Source: Microbotryum violaceum (lineage: Eukaryota). Taken from it: a stretch of DNA of 64,000 nucleotides. Position 1 is the first letter of the stretch. Each line of letters opens with the position of its first letter. The stretch spans positions 1,798,001-1,862,000 of the forward strand of contig CDLV01000007.1 of assembly GCA_001244265.2 (NCBI GenBank), read 5' to 3'. Made by a program: the position numbers and the translations under genes. The notes beneath the pieces were generated by a model. It was not told the DNA's origin. It did no database searches and saw only the letters and a program-made list of their open reading frames with translations. Positions 11,151 to 23,730 of the stretch are shown in pieces.

Positions 11151-13734
11151 AGTCAAACGTGGCCTCCAGTGACCGAGAACGGGCCGGGCGGCAGGAAAGT
11201 CGGTTGTCGGATTGGTTGAATGGTTCGGTGCTGGGGTCGTAGGACTGGCCCTGGAAGCTGATCGCAAGGGAGGCACCCTGAACTCAATTGATGGATGTCG
11301 ACAGTGCGGTCTCCTAACCGGCTTGAGTGTTTGTACCGACATGGCTTATCATGAGGGGAGATGCGATGTTGAGTGGAGGAGAGAGAGGATGTGTGAGGCG
11401 CGGCCGGGCTTAAGTGACCTGGATCTATGCAGCCTTCGACGCGGACCGGGCTACGACTGGTCCGTGCGCCAACCTGCGTCTCGTTCGGAATCAGTTGATT
11501 CAAGCTGCTGTAGCGAGATGATCAAGCGGTCCTAGACTTCAAGCTTCGGTGAAGCCTCATCAATAATGATGAGGTAAAAACTTATTCCTCCAGTTTTCAG
11601 ATAGCATCAATACATGCCATGCTACAGCAAGGGGGCACTTTTCAGGGCCAAAATTTCGGAGGGCAACTGGGCCAAGCGCGCCGATAACTCATAAGCCCCT
11701 CCCTTTGGGAGGGGCGTCGAGCTTAGATTTTCCCCTTTTGTGTAGTTCAGTCTCGGTCCTCTCTCTCCCTCTTGGAGAACACACTCATTCGGAACCGATC
11801 TGAAACAACGAACACAGTCAACAATACCATTTCGAATACGACGAATCGATCGGCCCAGTACTCGCGATCCTTCTGTAAGGCCACCGGCCTTACAATAAGC
11901 GCGCTTGAGCGATCGATGCCTGGTAGTACTGGTACATGCTTGCATTCCACTCATAATCACAGTGCTAAGTACTAGGCTACTGCCAGCCAAACAATCTATT
12001 CTGAGTCCTCTTCTTACGTATCATTCGGCACCAACTGTGCCCTGTGCCAGGCCTGCCTCGAGCGAGTCTTTGGCCGCTGCTTCGCCACCTGAAAACGGAA
12101 GCATAACCCCCCCCCCCCGGGAAACAACTCGTGTATGTCGCAGCATCTGGTGACTGAGACTCACCTGAGAACTCCGCAATCGGGGGCATCACCTTTTCAA
12201 GAGACACACGCGCCTATTGATGGGACCAGTAGACGAACGTTAGGTCGAATGTCACAGGGATAGCACCGATATCCGCGGAAAATCTCTCGACTCACCGCAG
12301 CTTAAGCGTAAGATACTAGACCAAAAGCCAGGGGTTGGTTGTCCGGCTGCGCCGCATTGAGGGAGGCCACCTTTTGACTCTTGGCGCAAGCTGCGAACAC
12401 GGCGGCAAGATCGTTCAACAGTGAGTTTGACAGGTCATCTGGCTTCCGGCCGAACTGGAAATCTCTCTGCTGTAATGCAAATACTTACCAGCCACTTCCT
12501 GCTCTGGACAACAGTATAACTTCTTCAAGATCACCCTAAAAGTGTGGCCACATCAAAGTTCCAAGAACCCCTCCAAAGATGGTCAGCGTTGCCAAGATGT
12601 GACGTGCGCCTCAGTCTGCTTCGTGTTTGTTCGACCGCGCATGGGTCCCGCCGCTCGCTGGCGGTATCTTTGCCGGCGGCTTGTAACGCTTCATCCATAC
12701 CTTTCTATGACTGTGCCATACGGTCGACTCACTCGGAAATAGCCAGGGGCAGATTGAAAGGTGATGGTGGAGGCAAAAGGGAAGAAGGGGTGGGGATCGC
12801 GAGCGGTGGCAGTGAGTGGGAGGAAGGAAAAGGAGGCTCGCGACGGCGCGTGGACTTGGTAAGCAACACGCGGCCGTGGCCTAATGCGAGTCACTTGGCC
12901 GTGACGGCCATTGCGCCCACGTCCTGGCGAAGGCCCGGTTCTCGCCAGTTGAGTCGGCGCGCCGCGCACTCGCGCCTTGCTCCCAAAATTTGTCTAAGTC
13001 CCACTCTGTCCGTAGGCGCAAGAGGCGCATTTCTTTCTTACGTCGCCGCACAGCGACTACTGCAATCTACGACACTCGGTTGAGGATGTTTTACGATCGG
13101 ATCTTGGGCAAGTGCTCTTTTGAGAAATGGAGATCACACCGGCATGGAATATCCAGAATGTTGTGGACATCTGGAACGACCAGTTGACTGTAAATCTGTG
13201 AACTTGTGAGCATGTATGTGATCGCTTTGGGAGGGTATTTAGCATCAAAATTCTACGTGATCCGAGAGCGCCTCAGAGTCGCGGGAAGGGCAAAGGGAGG
13301 GCGGCGCAAATGGATCTGTCAGGATAGCCCCTGTCATGAGTTTGCTCAATTGAATCATCAGTATAGCTTCAGTTCGAGAGTATTTTGCAATACTGCAAGT
13401 GTCGAGAGCAAATCGTGTCTTTATGTATCTATTGCAGGTCGAGTACTTGGTATACTGATACCTAGAGTTTGTAATAGGAAGAATAGCAACCAAGGTCCTA
13501 ACATTGTTACACCTCATCACAGCACTCCTCCAAATTTTGGGCCCGTAGACATGTCGGGGGGTGGAGGGGAGGAGAGGAAAAGAAAAGAAAAGAAAAATAA
13601 TAGGAAAAGGAAAAAGGTATGAGGCGCCTTTGGGGACACGAGAATCGCGCGCGCGCGCAGGAAAAAATAAAAAATAAAAAATCACACAAGAATGTCCGCT
13701 AGAAAAAAAAAATCCTCCAACTCTGGGGTGGTTC

Positions 13735-14323
13735 TAAGCTCGACGCCCCTCCCTTTGGGAAGGGCTTGTGAGTTATCGGCGCGTTTAGCCCAGTTGCCCT
13801 CCGAAATTTTGGCCCTAAAAAGTGCCCCCTTGCTGTAGCATGGCACATATTGGTGCTATCTGAAAACTGGAGGGATGCGTCTTTACTTCATCTCTATTGA
13901 TGAGGCTTCACCGAAGCTTGAAGTCTAGGAACGCTTAATCATCTCGCTACAGCAGCTTGAATCAAGTGGTTCCGAACGAGACGCAGGTCGGCGCACGGAC
14001 CAGTCGTAGTCCAGTCCGAGGCTCGCCGATGATGAGAGCGCCAATTACACGATGCGCTCGGACCATCTGAGGCCCGATCGACCGAAATCGCAGACTTCGG
14101 ATCGCTGTAGCTCCACCCACACCTTATGGAAGCTCTCGCCACTTGGGGTGTGTCATTTTTAAAGCATAAAGAAAAATAGAGTCCCTCACTTTTGCATGAA
14201 TGTAAGTATTTGCCAAGTTACAGAAAACCACCCCAAAATGGCCCTGAAATTTCGGAGGGCATCTGGGCCAAGCGCGCCGATAACTCGTAAGCCCCTCCCA
14301 GAGGGAGGGCTTAGTTGAGCTTA
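13735..14323. mobile_element. 589-bp MITE of the AcademH-like family, 9-bp TSD
   Basis: Made of the two ends of 8827-11725 in inverted orientation, with TAAGCTC...GAGCTTA termini. TSD GGGTGGTTC at 13726-13734 and 14324-14332 (7 bp if the terminal C/G is counted as element). Confidence 0.92.
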
Positions 14324-15462
14324 GGGTGGTTCAACCCTCGGGAGTCGTCGAGTGGCTAAGAGTTGACGACGGCGCTTTACGTCTGCTTCGGTCGCCCTAC
14401 AGTTCCCATTGCCCGAGATGGCTACGCTGCTGCCTGTTCTCACCCACCTTCAAGACGGCGATCAGCATGCCCAAGGAACGAAAATCGGCGACGAACTGCT
14501 GGACGGCTGGACGAAGAAGCCAAGACAGCCCTATTCGAAGAGATTCGAGTTCAAGGTTTCCAATCTAATGCTCTTGAGGTTGAGGAGGCGCGGCGGAAAT
14601 ATTGGTCGCTGTTCGATGGTCGGAAGAGAACCTTGCAATGTGTCAGCTTTTCAAATCATACCCTATCGCTCGCTAGCTGGAATTGATGGTCCAAGCTGGG
14701 CCTCATCCGAGTGACAAGTGACAGCCGCGCAGTGTCGCCGATGCGCCGATCCTCTCTGTCTCGCACCAGAGTCAAGATTTGGTACATGCTACAATTTTTT
14801 TCTATAGTTTCAATCCGAACTCGCTAGTCTACAACGCATGGTCTCGTGGCCGCGGGGGACGAGAGGTTCGTTCCGAGTGTCGAAGGGAGAAAACCTCCGA
14901 AGGCGCGTTCGACAAGGCGGGGTAGCAAGGCGAGTGAGATCTTCTGGAGGTTCGGTCGAAGAGCTAACGGTAGCATGTTCCCTTGAGTCGGCAAGTGATT
15001 GCATCTGCTGCTCAATCACCTGCCTTGGCTGTCGCTTCGGACCAAAGTTCGGTGGCGGAGGTAACGTTTCCTCCTCTGATCCCTCTTCGGATCTGAACTT
15101 GGTTTCATCCCCTATATCCTTTGCTTCCCCGCAAAGATGCCCTGAACTTGACGCCTCTCCGCACTTGATTCCGAAAGTCCCGACGATGGTGAAACATGAA
15201 ACATCCTCGCTCGCTTTGTCGTCGTCGTTGTCCCGGCAGATCAACACTTGCGCTCTTTCCCTAGTTTTCCTCTTCTTCTGCTTGCTTACCACTTACGAAT
15301 CTTTGTACGCCCTTGCCCTTCCTGCTCTCCTCTTTGCGAATGGGCATCACTTGCATCGCTTCGGCGGGGGAGGGGGAAGGGGCGCGCGAAGCGGATTTCT
15401 TGAGCCCCAGCTGAGCGCCACTCAGCCGGCCACGCGCCGAGCGTGCCGCTGGTGTAAAGAGC

Positions 15463-18400
15463 CTACCCCCATTGCGATCATCCGCATGTACCGGATATGA
15501 TCGCGACGTCCTTGCGTCGCTCGAGGTCGATCGGCTAAAAGCCGGGTCGGGCAATGGCGCGATGGGAGCTGGATGACGGGTGGTCGAGGCGCGACTCGAA
15601 GACTGCAAAAGAGTTGAGCTCGAACCCGAGGGATAGACGAGGGACGACTTGAGGATGTGGAAAAAGTCGAGCCGGATTTGAAGGGATGGCCAGTCGTTAA
15701 CGTAAGCCCAAGGCACATTGTCCCGGATCTAGTCTACGAAAGCGAGAGCCGAGAGATCAGCAATGGGACACGGAACAAGGGACGGCAAACGGCCAACGTG
15801 AATCGACGAGACTGACCTGTTTCCTCTAGACCCAGGTTGTGAGAGTTGATCAGCTCCAGATTTGCTGCTGGACCTCGTTTGTCAGCCGCGACCCTAGCAT
15901 CCGTCTGCCCGAAAGCCATCGCGCGTTGTTCAATTGAGCGTAGATCGGCTCAGCTCGCTTCGATCTTGGCAGCCATGGCAGCGAGTTGTTGTTCATCTTC
16001 TGGAGCGTTACCATCATGTTCATCATTTCGAGCTGTTGAGCTGGAGTGAGTGGAGCTTGAGGTTGAGGGCGCGAATGGGCCTAAGAACAGTCGGGCGCTC
16101 GCCCCAGCACGCGCTCGATACGTTGTTGTACCAAAAGGGGTGCATCGCCAGCAGTTGCAGCGCCAAAATAAGAGGCCGTATCGCAATTCAAGGCCAAGCT
16201 GAACAAATCGTCGGTCGAACCAGATGTTGAACCGTTCATGTTCATTAGGAGAGGCGAGGGGAAGAGAGTGGCAGGAGGAAAAGAGGCAAATCCAGGCCGA
16301 ACTCGAGGCGGTTGCCTGGGCGCTGGGTGCGGGAGGGTGCGGGCCTCAGGGTCAAGCAGCGCTGCAGCAGTAACAGCAACAGGCTCAGCTAGGTGGGTGC
16401 AGAAGAGCTGATGGCTACAAATGAGATTCATGAGAGCTTTCTCTGTCCCATGGATTGGAGGGAAGTCATGCCATGCCATGGGTCATGACGGACGACCTTG
16501 CGGCATGACTGTGCTGTGCTGTCATTTTTTATTTTTATTTTTTTTTCGCGCGAAATTCGTGTTAGCTCCGGCGCCTCATAGGGAAAGGGAAAAAAAGAAA
16601 AAGAAAAGAAAAAGAAAAAGAGGAGAGGGAAAGGGAAAAAAGGGGGGAAAAAGAGAAGAGGGAGGGGAAGAGAAAGAACTTGGAGAAAGAAGAAGAGGGA
16701 GGGGAGGTGAAAAAGGAGAAAGAGAGGAGGTGGTACGGAACAAGTCATTTTGACAACATACTTCATATGACGCAGGTATTATACAGCTACAAAGTTGTGA
16801 CACTTCTTTTGTTGCCAAGCTCGGCCATTCATCTCAGCCCTTGTCAGTCCTCTACAGAACCTTCGTGATTGTGGTTCGTTCGGATCCATCTCGTCTGTGC
16901 TTCCCGCAGTCCAAGCACGCCCCGTCACACTCAGTCACCGATCCGTCATCGCTTAGGTTTGACCCCTTGCGTCGACAAGTAGTTTGTCCACATAATCGAC
17001 AGTGCCTTGCCCCTTTTGTGGTACCCGCGCGCGTCAAAGCGCTGCTCGTGCCCAAGTCCGCGCTAGAACCAGCGTGGCTCGAGGCAGTTGCAACAAAGGC
17101 GCGGATGGATGACGTTGGAGGATCCGGAAATCGACTTCTACCTCTGTAAGCCTCCCCAAGACAGGCGGTTTGTGACCGAGTAATGGCTTAGCCGCTAGCA
17201 TGCTAACATCACGACCGCGGGAGGGATCGGTAAGCAAAGCTTGAATCACTATGACGTCGTTCCCACCCATGTTCATTGTGGCTTGAGCATTTGCCAGCGA
17301 CGACCATCTCGATGCCCATGTATTGATGTGCTCTGGCATCTGTGAGATTTGCGCTTCAGCTTAACATCACCATTCAGTGTGACACAGACGCGACATACTT
17401 TGTAAAAGATGTCTACTCCGTTGGCCTACTTGTTCCAAAGCTCGGTAATCTCCAATATCCGAAGATTTTGAGGAGCTCCCAGTCGTACCTTGCTTGAGAT
17501 ATATCTGTATAGCGCTCGTTCGCTGGGTGTGTGGACATACAATACATCGAATCGAGTACCCTGACGTTCCGCTAGCCAGTCGTGGCGAAGCTTGCGATTG
17601 GTTGGCAGCCGGCTTTGCATATGCTGTATCGCCGGCGTATTGTTCTGCAGCAAGTTCCGTGGCGACCACTTGACGGGCTCCAAACGCAGAGTCCCGCGCT
17701 CGACTTGATAGGGCTCGATCAAAAAGCGCATTTGCGCTGTTGGCGACTGAACAACAGGTACGATGCCGAATGTTTCGGTGGATGGGGTGTAGAGCAGCGA
17801 GTTGACTATATCTGACACGGTGATTGAGTGCCGTGGGAAATATGCCGAGGTTTTGCGCCTCAGACGATGTAATTCCACAGTGAGCCAGAGGTCGCAGTGC
17901 CCACGAATGGTTTTCCGGTACGATTGAACGTCCCAACCTGCGAATACAAGGGAGAATGGGTGAGAATGGTTGCCGCTTCTTTGAATTGCGATGGTGGAGT
18001 TGGACTGACCGTGAGATTGTGCACTAGCACGTAGTCAGCCGTGCACGCATTGACATGACACGGAGAAACACCAGACTTTGGAAACCGTTGGCGAAGGTTC
18101 CGATGGATGCCTCCTTCGAGACTGTTGGTGTCGCGCTGGCAGGAATATAAACGGACACCGTCATCCGCCTTTCCATCTGGCCCTCCGCAAGGCCCAAGGT
18201 CGGTGTACAGCTCGATGCCAACTGGATCCGATACTTGGCCTTTCCGAATCGCCTCAAGACATCTCTTCGCTGCCTCGTGCGCCGCTTTGTTGAAAAGAGG
18301 TTGCTTCGACTTCGCATCGACCGAGCTTCTCAAAGACCTCCCGGACCAAAGGCTCGAGAATGCCAGGCGGAGGGATCCATCGACGAACGCGTCTCCAAAG

Positions 18401-19000
18401 CTTCTTATTCCATACCGGCGAACGGACCGCTTCTTCCCACGTCATTCCGAGTTTTGCTAGGCGAGCCTTTATCAGGAGTCGATCATCCGCATTCGGGATG
18501 AAAACCGCATCGGAGAAGGCGCGAGCAAAGGCTTTGGCAGCGCCATGTTTTTTGGACACATAGATCCGGTCAAAGAAATGCCAGAAATCGATTAAAACCC
18601 GCACAGCGGTATCGTCTGAGGAAGGGACTAGTGAAAGGGGATAGTTTGAGATACATACATCAGCTCCAGCCCCGGCGCCAGGACTGGCGCAAGTCCGTAG
18701 TAACTCACCTTTGCTTGTTGCAGCCTTGCCCCAGATAGCTTTGCCAGCTGCTTCATTATGTCGTCCGTGTTATCGGCGCTTCGTTTCCGAAAAAAGCGTG
18801 ACAGCAGTTGCATCGTAGGATATGGCACGTTGCAGCATGAAGACAAGGGGGCACGCGGCGCGCCTGATTGCGCCGACTCAGTGCGCTAACTCAAGTGCGC
18901 TAACTCGGGAGCTCCACTGCGCCAACTCAAGTGAGCTAACTCAATTGCGCCAGCTCAGTTTGGCGCGCGCGAGGTTAGCGCAAAGCGCACCCCCCCGCAC
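15463..19000 (-). mobile_element. DNA transposon with a degenerate DxxH-type DDE transposase (DUF6729-associated family), copy 1
   Basis: RVLIDFWHFF..RRWIPPP..PLFN..SDPVGIELY..SCQRDTNSLEGGIH..GTFNRTGKPF and subterminal GAGTTAGCGCA repeats. Near-identical inverted copy at 36065-39641. A possible distal end GGGGCGCGC lies near 15379. Confidence 0.8.
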
Positions 19001-19026
19001 TGTGGGGCACATTCGCCGCGGCGAGA

Positions 19027-19049
19027 GGCGGAGGAGGACCCCGAAAACC
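19027..19049 (+). mobile_element. 8-bp TSD GGCGGAGG plus short AGGACCCCGAAA terminus (left end of the putative 43-kb unit)
   Basis: GGCGGAGG (19027-19034), then AGGACCCCGAAAACC, then G18. The same 8-mer directly follows the right TIR (62158-62165). Confidence 0.75.
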
Positions 19050-19162
19050 GGGGGGGGGGGGGGGGGGTGGCGCTGGCGCCTCTGGCTCTCCTGCTCCCTC
19101 ACTCACCAGCCATCGAACGTCACCTCAACGCGCCGGCTACTCATTCGAGAAATCGATCAATA

Positions 19163-21340
19163 ATGCACTTGCTCTGTCTTCCGCCCGAGATTCTGCTCGA
19201 GATCGTGGGCCAATTCGACTCGGTGTTGACGCTGCTTGCGTTTGCGAACCTTTGTCGATCGACCTACTCGTTCATGCACGAGGCTTCGGAACAAATCTAC
19301 CGCCAACTGTGCTTCAAGATCGGCTATACGGATGTCACCAGCTACGGCGCATCGAGCGCGATCGACACGCAATGGCGAGGCAGGTGGCGCATGTCGCACC
19401 GTGACCCCGGACTCGAATTGCGCGAAGCGCTCGGGAGGCAGAACAGTCGACGAAAGCCCATTTACCTTGACTGCGTGAGACGGTGGGAGCGGTTCGGTAA
19501 GATTTAAACTGGGCAAAAAAGGAGGGCAACCGGGGAGTGTTGTCTACTGACACGCGCGAAACGTCGTTTTGCCGCTTCAGCCAAGATGCGATTCTTTCTC
19601 GATCGCTCCTGGCGGCTGGGCGAACTCATGCTCACCTCGACGAAGATCGAAAATGGTGGACCACCCGGCGGCATCCATCGCTTCAAAGTCGACCCGGATT
19701 CGGGAATCTACTTGACCACTGGTGCGAATTGTAGGAGTCTCCTCTTGCTCATGGGGGATATCGTTTTTCCAGCATTGATCGCCGCAATCTTCAACGCCTT
19801 GATGCAGCCGGCATCGGCGCCTTTCGCGACGACGGGGTCGCCGAATGGCTCTGCAGTGAACCCACTACGATGTACGCTCACATTGAATTCAGGTACGTTT
19901 ACTCCTCGTTTCAAGTACGTCTGGAACTGTGCTTATTGCATCCCCCGTCCTCGCGAATTGACGTCCTCGCGAATTGACTGTTTGTGGGATAGCCAAGGAT
20001 ACATCGGGTGCATGGCGGGCGAACAGCACATCATCTGGCGACGCAGCGACATCTCGACACCCAAAGCCCCCATTTCTCAAGCCCGCGCCAAGTTCCTCGA
20101 ATCTCGTTCAATTAAGATCGGGGGACCGAGTGGTCGCGAGTTTCGACCGTTCGCCGAGATTGCGGCGCCAGGCTCTTTGAATGCCACCAAGATGCGTGAC
20201 CCCTATTTTATCGGCTCGTCTAATCAACGCCGTGCGCTCTATCGTTTCGATTACCATCGTGGCACAATGTCCACCTTGGACCTCTCGCGCCTTTGGCAAA
20301 CCACGGGAGAGAACGCTTTGGCGGACAGTACGATCACTTACGTCGAGATCCTTGATCGAGATCATGTCGTTGTCGCGGGCAGGAAGTCCATTTCGATTTG
20401 GCACCCGGACCGTGGCTGTGTCGCTCTGTTCCCCCCAGCCGCACCCGCTTCACGCGTCACCATTCCTCGCGCGCACTACCGATCTAACGCCAAGGCGCCC
20501 ACATGGACCGCGGTTCATCACGATCTCCGACACGGTCACCTGATCGCAACCAGCATGGGAGAACGAGGTGTGACAGGGTCCGGGAAATTAATCTGGATCC
20601 CCAATTGGAAGATGCTCATCAACGGCAGCCCTAGCGAAGTGGAAGATGCCACAGTAGTGCTGACCACGGTATGCAAAAACTCGCAATTGGTTCATTTGAC
20701 CAGCGAGCTGACGAGAAGTCTACGTCTCCTTCCTAGAACGCCGCGATCATCCAGTTGTCGGTGGAGAACGAACGGGCCTTGTTCGTCACCCAAGACTTCT
20801 CAACCAACATTTGTGCGCTCTGGCTGCTCCACCTTCGTCCGTTTACGTCGATTGAAGACTTCAAAGAAAACCCTCCTGTGCTGGTCAGTCCGGTTCCCTC
20901 TCGACTCTGCCCTCCACGTAAAGATCCTGACAGCATGTTACGCCCGCCGCTAGATGTGTCTGCTGTTCCCCCTGCCATGTACGCAGCCCCCTGCCCGTAT
21001 CGAGATGACGATCGATGAGATCATGTTCCCGTGCTGCTCCGAGTTCATGCCCCCTCCGGGTAGAGAGGCGAGGGAGGACGACTTGTCGAGCTGGTATCAA
21101 CGCGTGTTGAACCTCGCCAGAGGACTCAAACCTGTCGACATGAGGTGGGAGACGCTGAGCGCCGAGACGCTGTGGAAGGACCCTGGCAAACCCAACCCCG
21201 CCTCGGGATCTCCATCAAACGACCGAGACGCGCTGCGAGAGGTCGAGAAGCAGTGGGCGTCCGTCTTGTCGGAGGCGGATGGCACAATGGACAGCATGTG
21301 TTCGCTTTCGTTCGGAACAGATTTTTGGGCGCTGTGTTAG
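19163..21340 (+). CDS. F-box domain protein (multi-exon)
   Basis: N-terminal MHLLCLPPEILLEIVGQFDSVLTLLAFANLCRS F-box motif and downstream long exons separated by GT-AG introns. Confidence 0.75.
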
Positions 21341-21500
21341 TGAAGACCTCTCCCTGAATTCCGCTACAGTGTGTTATATTTATCTTCTTGGTGCCTAAAA
21401 TAACATTTGTTATTATCTACTGGACTTCTTTCGTTTGTTCTTCTCCTACCATACCTTACACGGGCACGCACAATACAGTCAAGGAACCTTGACCGTTCAG

Positions 21501-23234
21501 TCACGAGCTCTGGGCCCGGCCAACCTTGGCCTTCTTTTCACGCTCTTCATGTCCCGCAATCTCTTTGGCCTCTCGCTGTGCTTCCTTTTCCTCCCTTTCC
21601 CTCTTCTCTTCCGCTTCCTTGGCTTTTTTCTCTTCTTTCTCCTGTGAGAGAGATATCACCCCCAACGTAGATGGTTCAGTGTCGGCCTCTCAGTGCCTTC
21701 GTCGAGAATGGCGATCCCTAACCCACCTTGTCAATCTTGGAAAATTTCACATAAGCCGTGTCCGTCTTCTCAGCTCGGAACTCTCCTAAGTCAACGGAAT
21801 TTCTGAGACAAAGCATGAGCCCAACCACTCGTCAGTACCATGCTGAAATGAGCTCAAGCATCGTAAGCGCGCAAGATACCCTTTGGGAGTGTTCAAAGGT
21901 TGGCTCCTCAACTTTGCGATCTCGCCTCGAGTCTTGAGTGTTTGAACGTCGGGGGCAAAGTAGGATTCCCCTGCAAGGGTGAGCAGTATCGAGCTGCCGA
22001 CGACGGCCGTCAACCAAAATCGGTACTGCGCAGCGTGATTCCATTGGGTCAGTCAAGATTATTCATCCGCTGATCGGAGCGCTTATCCGTCAAGGACTCA
22101 GCTCTCCAGGTGTGAAGCAGATTTCCCATCAGACTCACAGTGGAATACCACCTAGGTGTCCACCCCCAAGTCGTGGCTCGTTGATCAAGCAACCAAGTAC
22201 CGAAGAATCCGGCCCATTGAGTGATCAGAGCCATTTGAGGCCCAAGGACCGGGAGGAGCAACATCGATCCCCATCCGACGATCACGGGTCCGATACCGGC
22301 GATGTAGCGCGTGTTGCCGACCACACCCCCGAATTTAGCGAATTCGAGGCCCTGCGCAATGTGAGGGTTGGATTCGGTGGTCAGATATTGTGCTCTCGGT
22401 CTTTGCCCAGTGCGGGGAAGTCGGTTTAAATATAAATGTCGACCCTTACCCAATGAATTGCACCGAGGAACGACAAGATGACGGCACCGTAGCTGATTTG
22501 GAGATGCTGGACCGAGCTGAGCAGCTCCATCGCCAGCTCGGCTTCGACGCCCGAGGCGTCTACCTCACACGCCTGAGCGGCTGATCGGGCGAGGTAGACC
22601 GTCGCCAATGAAGTGCCGGCATCTGTTTGAAACATACAAGTCTCAGTAACTTAGAACTGGGGTTTCTTGCACCGACTTTCGGGCGGCTGACATGGCAAGA
22701 GACCGGCTCCACCCCACACGAGGGCATCACGAGGGACTTTCTGGATAACCCCGGCAATACTTTGCTGTAGGCAGCATTTGCCAAATAATTCAAGCGTTGA
22801 GCTCTCTCTAAGTTAGACCCATTTCAAACACACTCGACGACGACCTCTTGATCAGTACTCACCATATCACCCTTGACGCTGTCGATTGCGCCAGCCTTTA
22901 GGTTTTCCTCCGCATTGCCGATCTGGCCGACCGAGGCATTCGCACCAGCCATAGCACCTCCAATGACGTGCCCCAACTTGTTCGCTTCGTCCTTGGCATT
23001 ATCACCTAGCTCTTTGAGCGTCTTGGACCCAGGTTGTTGCGACACGGAACCGGTTTCTTGGGCGTGGGAAGAGGGGTAGAACGAACTGACGCTCGAGGTG
23101 CTGAAGGAGCTTCGCGACGTCACTGCTGTTGCTGCGCCCATGTGGGGGAACGCCGAACCGGTTCGATTGAGCTGTCGAGGCAACACCTGATGGAGTAGAG
23201 CCGTGCGGGACGGCAGCAAACGGAGGGACGACAT
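21501..23234 (-). CDS. DUF3429/TMEM69-family mitochondrial membrane protein (multi-exon)
   Basis: Mitochondrial-type presequence; GGAGLLP, QISYGAVILSFLGAIHWG-LEFAKFGG and WTPRWYST-YRFWLTAVVG; charged C-terminal exon ending TGA at 21501-21503. Confidence 0.85.
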
Positions 23235-23730
23235 GCTTTGAGGGGCGAGGATGATTATGACTCTTTGTAGGTACGGTGGGAGGGGAAGAAGATAAGGCTC
23301 GAAAGAACGCTAGGGCGTTATGGCTGCCAATTCGGAAGCCCGCCCAATGGTGAAGGCCGTTTGGTCGGCGGGCAAGCGCCGCCATGACGTCGCGCAAGCG
23401 CAGATTCCGCGATTGGGGTGCAAAGTTTCCCCACCTCCGAGTGCTCGGATCAAGATGGGATGGTTTCCCTGGGCAGAGATTACCGCCTGCATCAGAGGAA
23501 ACCGGACTGAAGATCGTCTTCAATCGCGGCTGGCTTCCAGTAACGTCAGAGCTGGGCCTAAGCGAATCTTCAACTCGAACAGGTTCTGCGAAGCCGGAGG
23601 CCGATCGATCGTTGCGCGTCAGGACGAAATCCAGCCCCTGTGTTGGATTTCGGCGAAAAACAGATGTGGAAACCAACTTTTACACACATTTTCATGTTTC
23701 CAGGCCGACCTCCTTGCCCAATTCCCCAAC

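Larger units (their letters stand above)
8827..11725. mobile_element. AcademH-like DNA transposon deletion derivative (transposase and RecQ-like helicase remnants)
   Basis: ~75-bp near-perfect TIR TAAGCTCGACGCCCCTCCCAAAGGGAGGGGCTT(G/A)TGAGTTATCGGCGCGCTTGGCCCAGTTGCCCTCCGAAATTT, with convergent transposase (+) and helicase (-) remnants. This copy has no TSD. Confidence 0.8.

Noticed and set aside
11726-13500. Coding potential here, and at 14333-15380 and 34600-35900
   Set aside because: Only short ORFs without recognisable motifs; likely decayed TE sequence that I cannot assign.
16421-16818. Lys/Glu- or Phe-rich ORFs (also 38286-38605 and 13206-13689)
   Set aside because: These are translations of purine/pyrimidine low-complexity tracts.
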